Source of the DNA: Gammaproteobacteria bacterium
GTDB taxonomy: Bacteria > Pseudomonadota > Gammaproteobacteria > GCA-001735895
Assembly (NCBI GenBank): GCA_024225395.1
Contig: JAAEMR010000105.1
Span: forward strand, 5,562-69,561
Direction: 5' to 3'
Length of the DNA stretch: 64,000 nt
Positions 18,715 to 28,296 of this stretch are shown here, in pieces. A program made the translations under genes and the position numbers. The notes beneath the pieces were generated by a model. That model had not been told where the DNA came from. It did not search any database and was given only the letters and a program-made list of their open reading frames with translations. Positions within the stretch are counted from its first letter, which is position 1, and the number at the start of each line of letters is the position of its first letter.

Positions 18715-19491
18715 ATGCACAACAGCAGCGGTGAGGTTATGAATAATTATTTAAAAAGATTGATGAATGTGAAAATGAAATTCTTTTTTAGCACCGTTGG
18801 CATGGTCCTGGCTTTTAATGTTAATGCGGCTCAATTAGCCGACCTGGATGTGACTATCCAGCAGGCAATAAGCGCTACGCCCAATATTGAAAAAGGTAAA
18901 GCACTTTATCGTAACTGTGCGGTATGCCATTCGCCTGAAGGCTGGGGAACATCTTCGGGGCATTTCCCGCAAATTGCGGGGCAGCATAAAAGCGTGATAA
19001 TCAAGCAGCTCGAAGACATTCAATTAGGTAATCGCGATAACCCGACTATGCGCCCTTTTGCAGACCCGGTGATTAAACTGGGAAGTCAGGCTGTCGCCGA
19101 TGTAGCGGCCTATATCAGCCAGCTACCGATGGTACCGGAGAATAGCGTAGGTTATGGTGCGCAACTCGATAGAGGAAAAGAACTCTACGAAGAAAACTGT
19201 AAGCAATGTCATAAAGAAAATGGAGAGGGAAAAGCTGATAAATTTTACCCCAGAATTCAGGGACAACATTTTAACTATTTAAAACGGCAGCTACACTGGA
19301 TAAAAACAGGCAAGCGAAGAAATGCAGATATTAAAATGGTAAAGCAGCTACGTGATTTTAGCCTTCAGGATATCGATTTAGTCTCAGATTATGTGTCCCG
19401 GTTAAGACCGGATAAATCATTGACAGCTAAAAGTATACACTGGAAAAATCCTGATTTTAGAAAGGGCTTCCGTGCAGCTCCCAGAAACTAA
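18715..19491 (+). CDS. Dihaem cytochrome c4-like protein
   Basis: CAVCH and CKQCH, each followed by P.I.GQH..Y/V...QL; signal peptide; true start probably further downstream. Confidence 0.85.
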   Translation: MHNSSGEVMNNYLKRLMNVKMKFFFSTVGMVLAFNVNAAQLADLDVTIQQAISATPNIEKGKALYRNCAVCHSPEGWGTSSGHFPQIAGQHKSVIIKQLEDIQLGNRDNPTMRPFADPVIKLGSQAVADVAAYISQLPMVPENSVGYGAQLDRGKELYEENCKQCHKENGEGKADKFYPRIQGQHFNYLKRQLHWIKTGKRRNADIKMVKQLRDFSLQDIDLVSDYVSRLRPDKSLTAKSIHWKNPDFRKGFRAAPRN

Positions 19492-19511
19492 TTTATAGTA
19501 AGGAAATAAGT

Positions 19512-20453
19512 ATGTTACACGTTAAAATAATATTATTTTTTATAGCACCCATTATTGTAACTCTTTCGAGTGTTGTTAATGCTGATGTAGAGCTGGATAA
19601 ACAACTTAGAGAGGTTGCTGCAGGAGGTACGACCAATCAGCTGACAGGTTTAATCAGTAAAGGAGCCGGTGTAAATGCGCCGGGTAAATATGGTAAACGC
19701 CCCATTATGTTTGCTGCCGAGTCAGGCAATATTAATATTATCGCAGTGCTGCTTTCTTATGGTGCAGAAGTTAATGCCAGAACCAGAAAGGGTGATACCG
19801 CACTCACCATAGCCACAGAAAACAATAACGCACAGATAACAGCGCTACTGATAGAATTTGGTGCTAATATTCATGATCGAACACGTACCGGTCTGGATTC
19901 ACTAATGATTGCCTCGAAAAAAGGTAATGCATTAATTGTTAAGCAGTTACTGCAATTTGGAGCCGATGCACGTTCCTCTGACAGCCTGGGAAATACAGCT
20001 TTAATGCATGCAATAAAAGCAGGTCATACCGATGTTGTGAAAGCTCTGCTGGGCAACAGTCAGGTTATGCCATGCACTCCGAATAATATTGGCGTAACAC
20101 CGCTTATGACAGCAATTATTAAAGGCAATAAAGATATTCTGGAAATTATTTTGCCGGGTATAAACTGTATCAACTTCCAGGATAACTTTGGAACCATTGC
20201 GCTCCATTATGCTGCAGAAAATAATAATCTTGAGGTGGTTAAATACCTGGTTGAAAATCAAGCACTGGTTAACCAGGAAGATTTAGACAATGAAACGCCT
20301 TTGTTTTACGCTGTAAAAGCAGAGAATGAGGAAATTGTTAAATACCTTTTGGAAAATAATGCCAATAAATCACATAAAAACAGTTCCGGTTTAACACCCT
20401 ACCAGCTAGCATCCGAGAAGAACAACCGGGTAATAATGGATTTATTAAAGTAA
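19512..20453 (+). CDS. Exported ankyrin-repeat protein
   Basis: About eight G-x-T-[AP]-L-x-x-A repeats; N-terminal signal peptide; AGGA RBS. Confidence 0.85.
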   Translation: MLHVKIILFFIAPIIVTLSSVVNADVELDKQLREVAAGGTTNQLTGLISKGAGVNAPGKYGKRPIMFAAESGNINIIAVLLSYGAEVNARTRKGDTALTIATENNNAQITALLIEFGANIHDRTRTGLDSLMIASKKGNALIVKQLLQFGADARSSDSLGNTALMHAIKAGHTDVVKALLGNSQVMPCTPNNIGVTPLMTAIIKGNKDILEIILPGINCINFQDNFGTIALHYAAENNNLEVVKYLVENQALVNQEDLDNETPLFYAVKAENEEIVKYLLENNANKSHKNSSGLTPYQLASEKNNRVIMDLLK

Positions 20454-20663
20454 GGAATCTATGACCAATTCATGTACTCATATTATGTACCCAGGAAACT
20501 CAGCTTCTGTGTTGCCGACAAGGATGTAGGTGAGGGGCAGGAGCAGGAAGCGATAAGCTTTTGCGAATCTTCGCAATAGCCCGCTATAACGTGCGATTTG
20601 ACGCCTTAAATGGGAATTTATGAGCACAATCTATTTCGTCCAGAATTAATCTGAGGCTCCTTA
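20451..20663. mobile_element. MITE-like non-autonomous element
   Basis: Imperfect 21-bp terminal inverted repeats: TAAGGAATCTATGACCAATTC versus right-end reverse complement TAAGGAGCCTCAGATTAATTC (15/21). Non-coding interior; lies between convergent genes. Confidence 0.5.
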
Positions 20664-20690
20664 AGACTGTTTTTATGAGCAGTAAAGTTT

Positions 20691-22118
20691 TTAACCTGAG
20701 TGTTCCAGTGGCTCTGTTTCCATAAAATCTTCGATATCTACTTCTTCATTTTCAGTTCCGCAGGGATCAACCATATTATGTTGCTTGATGATTCGTCGTA
20801 GACGGGGACGGGATATACCAAGAATCTTGCAACTTTCCCCTTTGTGCCAGTTGGTGAAATTTAATACCCTGGCCACATGAATTTTCTCCATTTCTTCCAG
20901 GCTGGTTTGAACGGGTATACCCGGATCACTATTAATGACGTGTTTTTCACTGATAAATTCAGGAATTAAATCCAGTGTTATGGTGTCGGTGGGTGACAGT
21001 GCAACGGCCTTGGTTAAAACATTTTCCAGCTCACGTACATTGCCCGGCCAGCGATAGCCGTTGAATGAATTAATAACTTCCATAGATAAGCGGCACACTG
21101 AATTGGACATTTCCCGGTTAATTCGTCCCAGTAGATTCTGGATCAGGTCCATAAGATCTTCTTTGCGTTCGCGAAGAGGCGGAATGTTAATATTGACGAC
21201 TTGCAGTCTATAAAACAGGTCTTCTCTGAATAAACCCAGTTTTACCTTTTCCTGAAGATCATTATTGGTTGCCGCGATAATACGGGCATTTGATTTGATG
21301 ACATTTGTGCCACCGACTGGAATGTATTCCTTTTCCTGGATTACGCGTAACAATTTTGCCTGTATGGCGGGTGATAGTTCGCCCACTTCATCCAGAAAAA
21401 GTGTGCCATTTTCAGCTATCGAAAACTTGCCCGGGTGTTTGTTGATGGCTCCGGTAAAGGCTCCTTTTTCATGCCCAAATAAATCGGATTCAAGCAAGCT
21501 TTCTACCAGTGCAGCGCAGTTTACCGCAACATAGGGTCCTTCTGAGCGATTGCTGGATTCATGGATTGCCTTGGCGACCAGTTCCTTACCTGTTCCACTT
21601 TCCCCGGTAATCAGTACATTGATCGGTTTGTTTGCGATCAGACCAATGGTTTTATAAATTTCCCGCATGGCTGTGCTGTGACCTGCCATGCGATTATTGT
21701 TTTTCTGGACTTTGTTGCTGTCTTCTTCGGGTATTGAAAGCTTGGTGTTTTCTTCGTTAGATCTGATTAAAGTGCGTTCTACCGCCTGATCCAGTTCGTT
21801 GATATCGACTGGTTTATGAATGTAATCATCTGCACCATTTTGCATGGCGGCAATGGTGGTTTCCATATCATGATAGGCAGTAATCATGATGATGGGTATA
21901 TTAGGAACAACTTCACGAAAATCAGGCAAACTTTCAAGCCCCGATTTAATTGGCATCTGGTTATCGAGTATGATCAGGTCAATTTCATTTGATGCAGCCG
22001 CCAGCAGTCCATCATTCACACTATGGGCTGTGATGACCTGGTGCGACAGACTGGTGTAGTGCAATTGCAAGGTTCGACAAATTGCAATGTCATCATCAAT
22101 AATCAGCAGTGAACTCAT
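20691..22118 (-). CDS. Sigma54-dependent response regulator (NtrC/AtoC family)
   Basis: Receiver domain (IIDDD..LD..), Walker A GESGTGKE, GAFTGA loop, LFLDEVGE, WPGNVRELEN, C-terminal HTH. Confidence 0.92.
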   Translation of the reverse strand: MSSLLIIDDDIAICRTLQLHYTSLSHQVITAHSVNDGLLAAASNEIDLIILDNQMPIKSGLESLPDFREVVPNIPIIMITAYHDMETTIAAMQNGADDYIHKPVDINELDQAVERTLIRSNEENTKLSIPEEDSNKVQKNNNRMAGHSTAMREIYKTIGLIANKPINVLITGESGTGKELVAKAIHESSNRSEGPYVAVNCAALVESLLESDLFGHEKGAFTGAINKHPGKFSIAENGTLFLDEVGELSPAIQAKLLRVIQEKEYIPVGGTNVIKSNARIIAATNNDLQEKVKLGLFREDLFYRLQVVNINIPPLRERKEDLMDLIQNLLGRINREMSNSVCRLSMEVINSFNGYRWPGNVRELENVLTKAVALSPTDTITLDLIPEFISEKHVINSDPGIPVQTSLEEMEKIHVARVLNFTNWHKGESCKILGISRPRLRRIIKQHNMVDPCGTENEEVDIEDFMETEPLEHSG

Positions 22119-22194
22119 AACTTAAATAAATCTCGGTAATGTTGGGCATCTGACAGGCTCCCCTGAATATCATACGCTTTGTTGAGGAAATTAC

Positions 22195-25137
22195 TCATTG
22201 CGCTGGGTCAATATTTAATTTAACAGTAGCTGTAGTTCCGTCGTTTTCTGCTGACTGTAATTGCAGGGTGCCATGTTGTAACTCTATAAATCGTCTGGCG
22301 ATGGCCAGTCCAAGCCCTGTTCCTTTGGCCCGGCTGGTGTAAAACGGTTCGAATAAATCTTCAACTTTATCATTATCAATCCCGCAACCATTATCCTGAA
22401 TAGTTATTTTAATGTAAGAACTGGTTTCAGTGAGGTCTAGCTGAACGGTAAGATTAATAACAGGTGTTACATCCTGCAGCGATTCTACTGATTGCATGGC
22501 ATTGGTCAGTAGATTGGATATGACCTGGCGTAGTTTTCTTGAATCTGCGTTGATAACGGGTAAACCTTTTTCATACCAGGTATTGATTTTAGCCTTAAAT
22601 AAATCAATGTCTTTCTGCACCAGTCCGATACTGTGCTCAACTACTTTCTGGATATCAATCCATTCGAGCTTAATGGCATCGGGTCGAGAATAACTCATTA
22701 AATCTTCCAGAATCTCTTCCATGTACAGCACCTGTTCAAGTGCAATCTGATTCAGTTCAATGGCATCTTCCTGGCTGATTTTATTGGATTGTTTTTGAAA
22801 AATCTGTAATCCCATTTTGATTGAGGAAAGTGGGTTACGTAAATCATGGGCAATCATGTTGGCCATTTTTCCGACCGTATTCAGTGCCTGATTACGACTT
22901 ATTTCATCATTACGTTGTAGCAATTTGTTTTCCAGTTCGATGCGTGCGGTGAGGTCTATAACGGCTGAAATATTTAATTTTCCTTCCAGGGTAGGGGCTG
23001 AGCTATAGCCTATTTCCACCGGAAAAATTTCCCCAGATTTTTTATGTGCCAGGAAGTCCATGCGATTACCTGATGATTTATCAGTTTCTACCAGGGTGGT
23101 AAGTTGCTGGGATATTAATTGTTTCGCTTCGCTTTTTTCAGGGATGACCAGGCTGATGGACTGCCCTACCAGATCCTCTTCTTCATAACCGTACAGGTTC
23201 TGTAAAGTTTCATTGGTGAGTAAAATTTCACCGTTGGAGTCTGTCATGACCATTGCAACGGGTGCCGAGTTAAAACAATGTTTAAAACGTTCTTCAAGCA
23301 TTTTTTGTTCTGTAATATCTTCTTTTACGGCGAGAAAATGGGTGATTTCACCTTCAGGGTTTTTAATGCCTGAAATAGAAGCAGATTCCCAGTACAGTTC
23401 CCCATTCTTTTTTCGATTATGTAAAATACCACGCCAGATTTCACCCTTTTTGACCTTATTCCATAATTGGGAATAATCTTCTTTACTCATTTCACCAGAT
23501 TTCAGAACACTTGGGTTTAACCCTTTAATATCATCCAGTTTGTAACCGGTTAAATGTTCAAACTTTGGGTTGATATATTCAATTTTACCGTATTGATCAG
23601 TTAACATGACAGAAGCCGGGCTCTGCTCAACTGCTTCTGAAAGATGACGAATTTTTATTTCATTCTCACGATATTGAGTGATGTCTTCGCCCATAAAGAT
23701 CAGACCAATCAGGTTGCCCTCGGTATCTGTCATGGATGTATCATGCCAGCGAATCAGGTATTCATTTCCAATTCGATCCTGTAACCAGCTTTCGTGAGTG
23801 GTGGTGCATTTATTATCATCTTTAGATTGCTGGAAAATTTTGCTACAGATATTTTTATAGCGGTTAACCACCAGCGTTTCTATCCAGTTTTTACCGATAA
23901 GCTGAGCTCTATTCCAGCCCAGTAAATTCAACAGAGAATCATTACAGAAGGAAATATTTCCGTCCAGGTCGACGGCTAAAACATTAAGTTCTATCGATTC
24001 GAGCACTTTTCTGAAGTGTTGTTCAAACTCTACCTGTATTTCAGTAATTTGCTGATTGACTCTTAGACGGGCAATAATATGCGTGCCGAGAAGAAACAGT
24101 GCAAAAATAATCAGGTAGAAAAACAGGTTGTTTCTAATAAAAGCTTTAGGCAGGCTATTGAGTTCTTCGGGTGTAATAAGTGCTATCAAATTCCATGGTT
24201 GATTGTAAGTTTTCGGGTTGGACTGACCACTGTTATATTCTTTACTTAAACCGGTTATTTCCAGCCCTGGATATATTGTAGAGTAACTGAATAAGCCATT
24301 TTGAGTTTCAAATTGGCCAGACTGAGAGCTTGATATCTGTTTCCATTCAGTATTGAAATCAGTAGCAAAACTTTGCTCAAGATCAAGCATAAAACCCCAT
24401 TCAAGATTCCGGTTATGATGACTTAACCAGTAACCTTCATGGTTAAGCAGCATTACATTTTTAGAGATATTTGAGGTGGCAGTACGAAAGTTATTGAGTA
24501 ACCGGTTGCCCAGATAATTCAGAATGAGAACTCCGACTTTGATACCTTTTGAATTAAAAACCGGTGTGCCAAATCGAATAACCGGTTTTAACGGTAATTG
24601 TATCTTTCCATGCTCTATGTTCAGGTCAAAGGGTGAAATATAAATTTCATTACGATTAAGTAACAGGCTTTCTATAAAATAGTACCGGCTTTTTTTATTT
24701 TGTAAATTCTCTTTGTCGACTATTGTTGATTTTCCATTCTGATTATTTATTCGAATGACTTCCATGCCATTTATTCCGATTAATCGTATTTGGTCATAGA
24801 TAATTTTTTTATCTGAAAATAACTGGAAGTCATGGGCCATAATTGCCAGAGTTTTGGCATTCAGATTATCAAAGTAGCCATGTAATTCAGCCTGACGCGC
24901 AAGAAAATTGACGTCTGACTGTATATTCGAAAGCTCGGTGACAATGGTTGTTTTACCAAGTTTTAAATTCAATGTCTGCTGGTTATTGCGCTGAGTGCTT
25001 TCTGATGAGATATAAATGTTGTAGTGGATAGTAATGATGGTTATTAATATGACCATACAGATGAGGGCGTACCACAGGCTCTGCTGTAATATTCGCTGAT
25101 TTTTACTCACATTGTGGTCGTGGTTATGGCTAATCAT
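22195..25137 (-). CDS. Membrane sensor histidine kinase (periplasmic Cache-like domain plus three PAS domains)
   Basis: Two TM segments around a periplasmic domain, three PAS/PAC units, AHDLRNPL H-box, NLLTNA, DNGCG, GTGLGL. Confidence 0.9.
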   Translation of the reverse strand: MISHNHDHNVSKNQRILQQSLWYALICMVILITIITIHYNIYISSESTQRNNQQTLNLKLGKTTIVTELSNIQSDVNFLARQAELHGYFDNLNAKTLAIMAHDFQLFSDKKIIYDQIRLIGINGMEVIRINNQNGKSTIVDKENLQNKKSRYYFIESLLLNRNEIYISPFDLNIEHGKIQLPLKPVIRFGTPVFNSKGIKVGVLILNYLGNRLLNNFRTATSNISKNVMLLNHEGYWLSHHNRNLEWGFMLDLEQSFATDFNTEWKQISSSQSGQFETQNGLFSYSTIYPGLEITGLSKEYNSGQSNPKTYNQPWNLIALITPEELNSLPKAFIRNNLFFYLIIFALFLLGTHIIARLRVNQQITEIQVEFEQHFRKVLESIELNVLAVDLDGNISFCNDSLLNLLGWNRAQLIGKNWIETLVVNRYKNICSKIFQQSKDDNKCTTTHESWLQDRIGNEYLIRWHDTSMTDTEGNLIGLIFMGEDITQYRENEIKIRHLSEAVEQSPASVMLTDQYGKIEYINPKFEHLTGYKLDDIKGLNPSVLKSGEMSKEDYSQLWNKVKKGEIWRGILHNRKKNGELYWESASISGIKNPEGEITHFLAVKEDITEQKMLEERFKHCFNSAPVAMVMTDSNGEILLTNETLQNLYGYEEEDLVGQSISLVIPEKSEAKQLISQQLTTLVETDKSSGNRMDFLAHKKSGEIFPVEIGYSSAPTLEGKLNISAVIDLTARIELENKLLQRNDEISRNQALNTVGKMANMIAHDLRNPLSSIKMGLQIFQKQSNKISQEDAIELNQIALEQVLYMEEILEDLMSYSRPDAIKLEWIDIQKVVEHSIGLVQKDIDLFKAKINTWYEKGLPVINADSRKLRQVISNLLTNAMQSVESLQDVTPVINLTVQLDLTETSSYIKITIQDNGCGIDNDKVEDLFEPFYTSRAKGTGLGLAIARRFIELQHGTLQLQSAENDGTTATVKLNIDPAQ

Positions 25138-25145
25138 AATAAAAT

Positions 25146-25493
25146 CTAGTTACATTGATTAAGCATGAAATAATTTAAACGACGAAGATAATCCGGCTTA
25201 CTTTCATCCTGATGCATGGGGTTTAGAAATAATAGTTTAGCCGCAATCATCGTTTGTCTTCTTTGCTCGGTATGTATACTGGCTTCGTCATCTAGTAATT
25301 TAGACAGTTGATGTAAAGTTTGTTGCGGATCTTTGCAAAAACGTGGCAGAGTCACATTACTGGCATACCATTGAGCCATCAGCGATACGGATAACAGGGC
25401 GATTAATACAGGCAGTATGACTTTAAGCGGATTAAAGGGAGCTTTAATTAAACCCTGGGTATGATCTTCTGTCTGTAAAGTCGGTTGGTTCAT
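25146..25493 (-). CDS. Hypothetical membrane-anchored protein
   Basis: One TM segment and two Cys; ATGA overlap with hemY; 8 bp before the kinase start. Confidence 0.65.
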   Translation of the reverse strand: MNQPTLQTEDHTQGLIKAPFNPLKVILPVLIALLSVSLMAQWYASNVTLPRFCKDPQQTLHQLSKLLDDEASIHTEQRRQTMIAAKLLFLNPMHQDESKPDYLRRLNYFMLNQCN

Positions 25494-26908
25494 GGCGTGA
25501 CTCGCTGAACATTAATAGAAACAGTGGTTGTTGATTGATGCGAGTGTTGTCTGAGGGTTGAGTAAACCTGATCTGATACTGATTTAGCCTGAATTATTCT
25601 GTCTCGAATTGAAATACCATGAAGGTAATTAGCCACAAAGTGCAGTCCGTTTGATTGATGTGCCCGGTGTTGTATGGCTTTCGTTAAATCTGAATATTTA
25701 CCATGATATAAAGGCAAGCCCTGCTGATGGCGGTTTATCCTGACCATTTCAGGAGATTGCCTGATACCTGTTAATTTCTGTAAAGATGAAAGAGTCTGAT
25801 CGATGAGCACAGCATCTGATTTTTTTAGCGCGTCCATCTGGCAGCCTCCACCCACAAAATTACTGGTGAGTAATTTATTTTCAGGTGCTCGATGTTTGAC
25901 CAGGTTACTCATCCAGAGGCTACCACGCAAGTCCATGTTTTCCCGACTGGGTATCAGGAAGCCATTTCCATCCAGAGATTTATTTAAGCCTGATTTATCA
26001 AAGCCCATGTGAATTTGGGCGATAGGCGCATATTCAATTTTATTGAGTAGTTCGGCAAGTTTTGACTTTACTGGTTGTAGTAAAGCAGCCGCAATGTTGG
26101 CAGGAGTAGAGAATATTAGCTGTTTAGTTAAATATTGATACTCCTGATTATCTGCTTTACTGGTAACTCTCCATCCTGATTTAGTGGGTTCTACGGCCAA
26201 TACCTTTTGCCCGTTGTGAATATCGGTTAACGGGTTTTGAGAAAGAGTCTGAGTTAATGTTTTCATGCCGCCGGAAAAAGAAAATGCTTCCTGTGGTAAT
26301 CCTTTTTTACCCGGTAATAATTTTTTAGCGATAATGCCAGCCGTGAAACTTCCAAAATTTCTTTCCAGAGAAGTCAGTCGGGGCAGGGTACTACGAGCAC
26401 AGGCTTTTTCAGGGTCACAGGCGAGTACCGCAGAAACATAAGGGTCAATTGCCAGATCCAGAATTTCCTGTCCCAGTCGTCGTCTGATAAATTCTGCGAC
26501 CGTCTCATGATCAGTCATGGAGTGAGACCTGAATGGCTCTGACATTAATTTCAGACGGGTTTTAAGTGAAAATAAATCTGAATATAAAATGCCCCTGATG
26601 TTTTCTGGAACCTGCTTAAGTTGATTGTTTTTTAATACGTATCGCCTGGAAATTTTATTACGATTTACCCTGTAATCCTGCAAGCCAGAACGGCTAATAA
26701 ATTGTGTGACCTGTGTATTGAAATTAAGCACCATGGATGCAGCATGATCGGTGACATAGCCGTCCTGCTGTGTCGTGTCGATCAAACCGCCTGTTCTATC
26801 AGATTGTTCGAGAATTGTTGAGCGAATACCTTTTTGTGCTAACCACCAGGCCGAAGCCAAACCTGATACTCCACCACCAATAATCAATACATCGGTATGT
26901 TTGATCAT
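25490..26908 (-). CDS. hemY: HemY-type proto-/coproporphyrinogen oxidase (FAD)
   Basis: GGGVSGL FAD motif, RTGG, ETVAEFIRRRLG, GGMKTL, GNGFLIP, LPLYH. Start at 26908 gives an ATGA overlap with the radical SAM gene stop (ORF track start is 26938). Confidence 0.8.
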   Translation of the reverse strand: MIKHTDVLIIGGGVSGLASAWWLAQKGIRSTILEQSDRTGGLIDTTQQDGYVTDHAASMVLNFNTQVTQFISRSGLQDYRVNRNKISRRYVLKNNQLKQVPENIRGILYSDLFSLKTRLKLMSEPFRSHSMTDHETVAEFIRRRLGQEILDLAIDPYVSAVLACDPEKACARSTLPRLTSLERNFGSFTAGIIAKKLLPGKKGLPQEAFSFSGGMKTLTQTLSQNPLTDIHNGQKVLAVEPTKSGWRVTSKADNQEYQYLTKQLIFSTPANIAAALLQPVKSKLAELLNKIEYAPIAQIHMGFDKSGLNKSLDGNGFLIPSRENMDLRGSLWMSNLVKHRAPENKLLTSNFVGGGCQMDALKKSDAVLIDQTLSSLQKLTGIRQSPEMVRINRHQQGLPLYHGKYSDLTKAIQHRAHQSNGLHFVANYLHGISIRDRIIQAKSVSDQVYSTLRQHSHQSTTTVSINVQRVTP

Positions 26909-28179
26909 GGCTTTTGTCCAGTGTCTGGACGTTTCCACGGCAGTTTATTACCAAAACGTCTGGCTGATAACTGCTGCATATGCTCGACAGTTATTAACTC
27001 TTCACCCAGGTCTAAAACATAACTTTCCGTTCTCTTTTTCACCATATTACGGATGAAGCCGGGAATGCGGTTGAGTTTTTCACTGGCGTCCTGTGACCAG
27101 CTTAAGTTGCTGGTTTCAAATTGAGTGACCGGTTCGATGACCTTGCCATTTTGAGGAATATAACCACAGGAAGCATCTTCATTCATCAATTGTTGACCCG
27201 CTGCCAGGGGTCTTGCGCGACAGCCTCCGCACAGTTTACGAAACTCACATTCTCCACACTTGCCGTTAAGTTGAGGGTTTCTCAGAGATTTAAAATCTTC
27301 TGCAGATTGCCAGATTTGATTTAAGCTCTGTTGTTTAATATTACCGACACTTTTTTCGATGTAAGGGCAGGCGGTAACATCACCTTCCGGGGTTATGCGA
27401 CAATAGTGAGTCCCTGCAATACATCCATCACCTTCCTGCCCGCTGATGCGGTTAAGTGCAGATTCCGGAGCCATCTGCCACGCGATCCTTTTAAAGTAGG
27501 GTGCACAGCGAGGCCGAATAATCAGTTTTTCATATTTTTTCTGACACTCGATTATTTTCTTAATACCTGCTTCGTAATTAACAGCAGAAATATTTCCAAC
27601 AGATTCAGCGCGCCCCGTGCAAATGATGAAAAAGAAATTGATCACTCTGGCCCCTGACATTTCAGCAAAATTAATAATGTCTTCAATTTCGTGATGGTTG
27701 TCGTCGGTAATAGAAAAATGAATTTGAAAATCGAATTGATGTTTTCGGCAATGTTCGATGCCGGTCATGGTCTTTACCCAGCTACCGGTTTGGCCTCTGA
27801 AAGCATCATGAAGAGCAGGATTGAGTGAATCGACGCTAATGCCGATGCCCATAGCACCTGCAGTTTTCAATGATATAACTCGACGTTCAGTCAGTAAAGC
27901 GCCGTTACTACCGATAACAACCATCAGTCCAAGCTCTTTACCATGACTGCAAAGCTCTTCAAGATCGGTTCTGATTAGAGGTTCACCACCGGTTAACACA
28001 ACCATAGCGCCATCATGATCTTGTGCAACTTGATCCAGAAGTGCTTTAACATTCTCTGTCGTTAATTCATTCGGGGAGGGAGTGTTTAATTCATCAGCGT
28101 TCAGGTAACAATGCTCGCAGGCAAGGTTACACCGCCTTGTCAGGTTGATTGCAATAATCTGGAGCTGATGATTATCCAT
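26905..28179 (-). CDS. Radical SAM/SPASM enzyme of the AhbD/AhbC/NirJ-like group with a C-terminal PCP_red (BchB C-terminal-like) domain
   Basis: CNLACEHC, TGGEPL, SPASM cysteines (CIAG...CPY...CGECEFRKLCGGCRAR...C); tail WSQDASEKLNRIPGFIRNMVKKRTE...IT. Confidence 0.8.
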   Translation of the reverse strand: MDNHQLQIIAINLTRRCNLACEHCYLNADELNTPSPNELTTENVKALLDQVAQDHDGAMVVLTGGEPLIRTDLEELCSHGKELGLMVVIGSNGALLTERRVISLKTAGAMGIGISVDSLNPALHDAFRGQTGSWVKTMTGIEHCRKHQFDFQIHFSITDDNHHEIEDIINFAEMSGARVINFFFIICTGRAESVGNISAVNYEAGIKKIIECQKKYEKLIIRPRCAPYFKRIAWQMAPESALNRISGQEGDGCIAGTHYCRITPEGDVTACPYIEKSVGNIKQQSLNQIWQSAEDFKSLRNPQLNGKCGECEFRKLCGGCRARPLAAGQQLMNEDASCGYIPQNGKVIEPVTQFETSNLSWSQDASEKLNRIPGFIRNMVKKRTESYVLDLGEELITVEHMQQLSARRFGNKLPWKRPDTGQKP

Positions 28180-28186
28180 AAGAATA

Positions 28187-28282
28187 TTTATTCACTACAG
28201 AGCACACAGAGACTTAACTGGGTAGTGCATAAAATACTTACATTCTTTAGCTCAGTGTCCCTCTGAGTCCTCTGAGGTGCAA
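28187..28282. repeat. Intergenic inverted-repeat element with 9-nt periodic arms (copy A)
   Basis: TTTATTCACTACAGAGCACACAGAG ... CTCAGTGTCCCTCTGAGTCCTCTGAGGTGCAA; ends nearly identical to those of the element at 30606. Confidence 0.6.
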
Positions 28283-28296
28283 AAGGTTTTTTAATG

